Source: Meyerozyma guilliermondii (taxonomy: Eukaryota). Taken from it: a DNA stretch of 42,978 nt. Positions within the stretch are counted from its first letter, which is position 1; each line of letters opens with the position of its first letter. The position numbers and the translations under genes are program-made. Below, piece by piece: positions 42,206 through 42,978 of the stretch. The DNA lies in NCBI GenBank assembly GCA_051546255.1, contig CP128819.1, positions 1,116,001 to 1,158,978 of the forward strand, read 5' to 3'. The notes under the pieces are model-generated. The model was given only the letters and a program-made list of their open reading frames with translations, searched no databases and was not told where the DNA came from.

Positions 42206-42640
42206 AATGCATGGAAGCACCCAAACACATAATTTATACGATATCTCCGACGAAGCAGTTTACCGATGTACTACATGACCGACCGCCACCGCTACTGGCG
42301 GTCGGATCAACAAACACGCCCTCGATTGGGTGAATGCACCGCGCCCTCGGACAAATGCATGATTACGTGTAAGAGATCTTTAAAGTAATTCATTTTTTGA
42401 CAACAATTCCACAACTATAAACGCTACGGAACCACAAAAAGAACACAAATATTCGCCGTTTCCCACCCTTCAAGTTGTCGCTATCCACACTTGCAATGTC
42501 GCTCCCAAAAAATTTCCACCCAAACTTATGCATCTTGGACGCTTTTTGTGCGTAGCGCATAGCTGCAAAGGTAAGGGAATGTATGGAAGGACCGGAACTG
42601 AAAACATACGCTATCTCCGACGCAGAAGCGCAAGTGTACT
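42206..42640 (+). repeat. Diverged ~65-bp direct repeat pair (42206-42272 and 42578-42640); copy 2 ends at the telomere
   Basis: AATGCATGGAAGCACC...ATACGATATCTCCGACGAAGCAG...TGTACT versus AATGTATGGAAGGACC...ATACGCTATCTCCGACGCAGAAG...TGTACT. Confidence 0.7.
42279..42305. repeat. GC-rich inverted repeat (10-bp stem, 7-nt loop)
   Basis: CCGACCGCCA-ccgctac-TGGCGGTCGG, with perfectly complementary arms. Confidence 0.8.
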
Positions 42641-42977
42641 GGTGTACTGGTGTACTGGTGTACTGGTGTACTGGTGTACTGGTGTACTGGTGTACTGGTG
42701 TACTGGTGTACTGGTGTACTGGTGTACTGGTGTACTGGTGTACTGGTGTACTGGTGTACTGGTGTACTGGTGTACTGGTGTACTGGTGTACTGGTGTACT
42801 GGTGTACTGGTGTACTGGTGTACTGGTGTACTGGTGTACTGGTGTACTGGTGTACTGGTGTACTGGTGTACTGGTGTACTGGTGTACTGGTGTACTGGTG
42901 TACTGGTGTACTGGTGTACTGGTGTACTGGTGTACTGGTGTACTGGTGTACTGGTGTACTGGTGTACTGGTGTACTG
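42634..42977 (+). repeat. Telomeric array, (GTGTACTG)43, G-rich strand running toward the end
   Basis: 344 bp of perfect 8-bp repeat at the window end, with the GGTGTA core of yeast telomeres. It equals ACTGGTGT, recalled as the M. guilliermondii repeat. Confidence 0.96.
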
Positions 42978-42978
42978 A

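Noticed and set aside
42279..42305. Helitron 3' terminus interpretation of the hairpin
   Set aside because: No CTRR end at the expected distance on either strand, and no Rep/helicase remnant.
42634..42977. Possible CRISPR array
   Set aside because: Head-to-tail 8-mers with no spacers, no cas genes and a eukaryotic chromosome-end context.
42583..42978. 131-aa ORF with (VYWCTGVL)n repeats
   Set aside because: It is the translation of the 8-bp telomeric repeat, which lacks stops in this frame.

Overview
This is the terminal 43 kb of a chromosome arm from a CUG-Ser (CTG-clade) budding yeast. CTG occupies conserved Ser positions in several genes, and the window ends in 43 perfect copies of an 8-bp telomeric repeat (GGTGTACT = ACTGGTGT). 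That repeat is, from memory, the one reported for Meyerozyma (Candida) guilliermondii. Positions 1 to ~34190 form a compact block of conserved genes: MCM6 (5' part), a small tRNA-binding OB-fold gene, PRX1, SEF1, RAD51, KIN4, FAP1, UTP23, OPT1, MGE1, LYS12, RCM1, PRK1/ARK1, HDA1, a PMU1-like gene, a YNL035C-like WD40 gene, BDP1, GPI15 and LRG1. At ~34191 the block stops at an apparent rearrangement junction. There the 5' half of LRG1 (LIM domains, no RhoGAP) is joined tail-to-tail to the first ~104 codons of a hydantoinase/oxoprolinase-family gene, truncating both. The ~8.8 kb beyond the junction is subtelomeric. It holds a three-gene catabolic-type cluster (hydantoinase fragment, NCS1 permease, Zn2Cys6 regulator), a frameshifted orphan gene with a signal anchor, and an F-box/LRR gene broken by TAA-TAG. 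A duplicated ~65-bp element follows, and its second copy runs directly into the telomere. Gene names come from motif recognition only; no searches were run.
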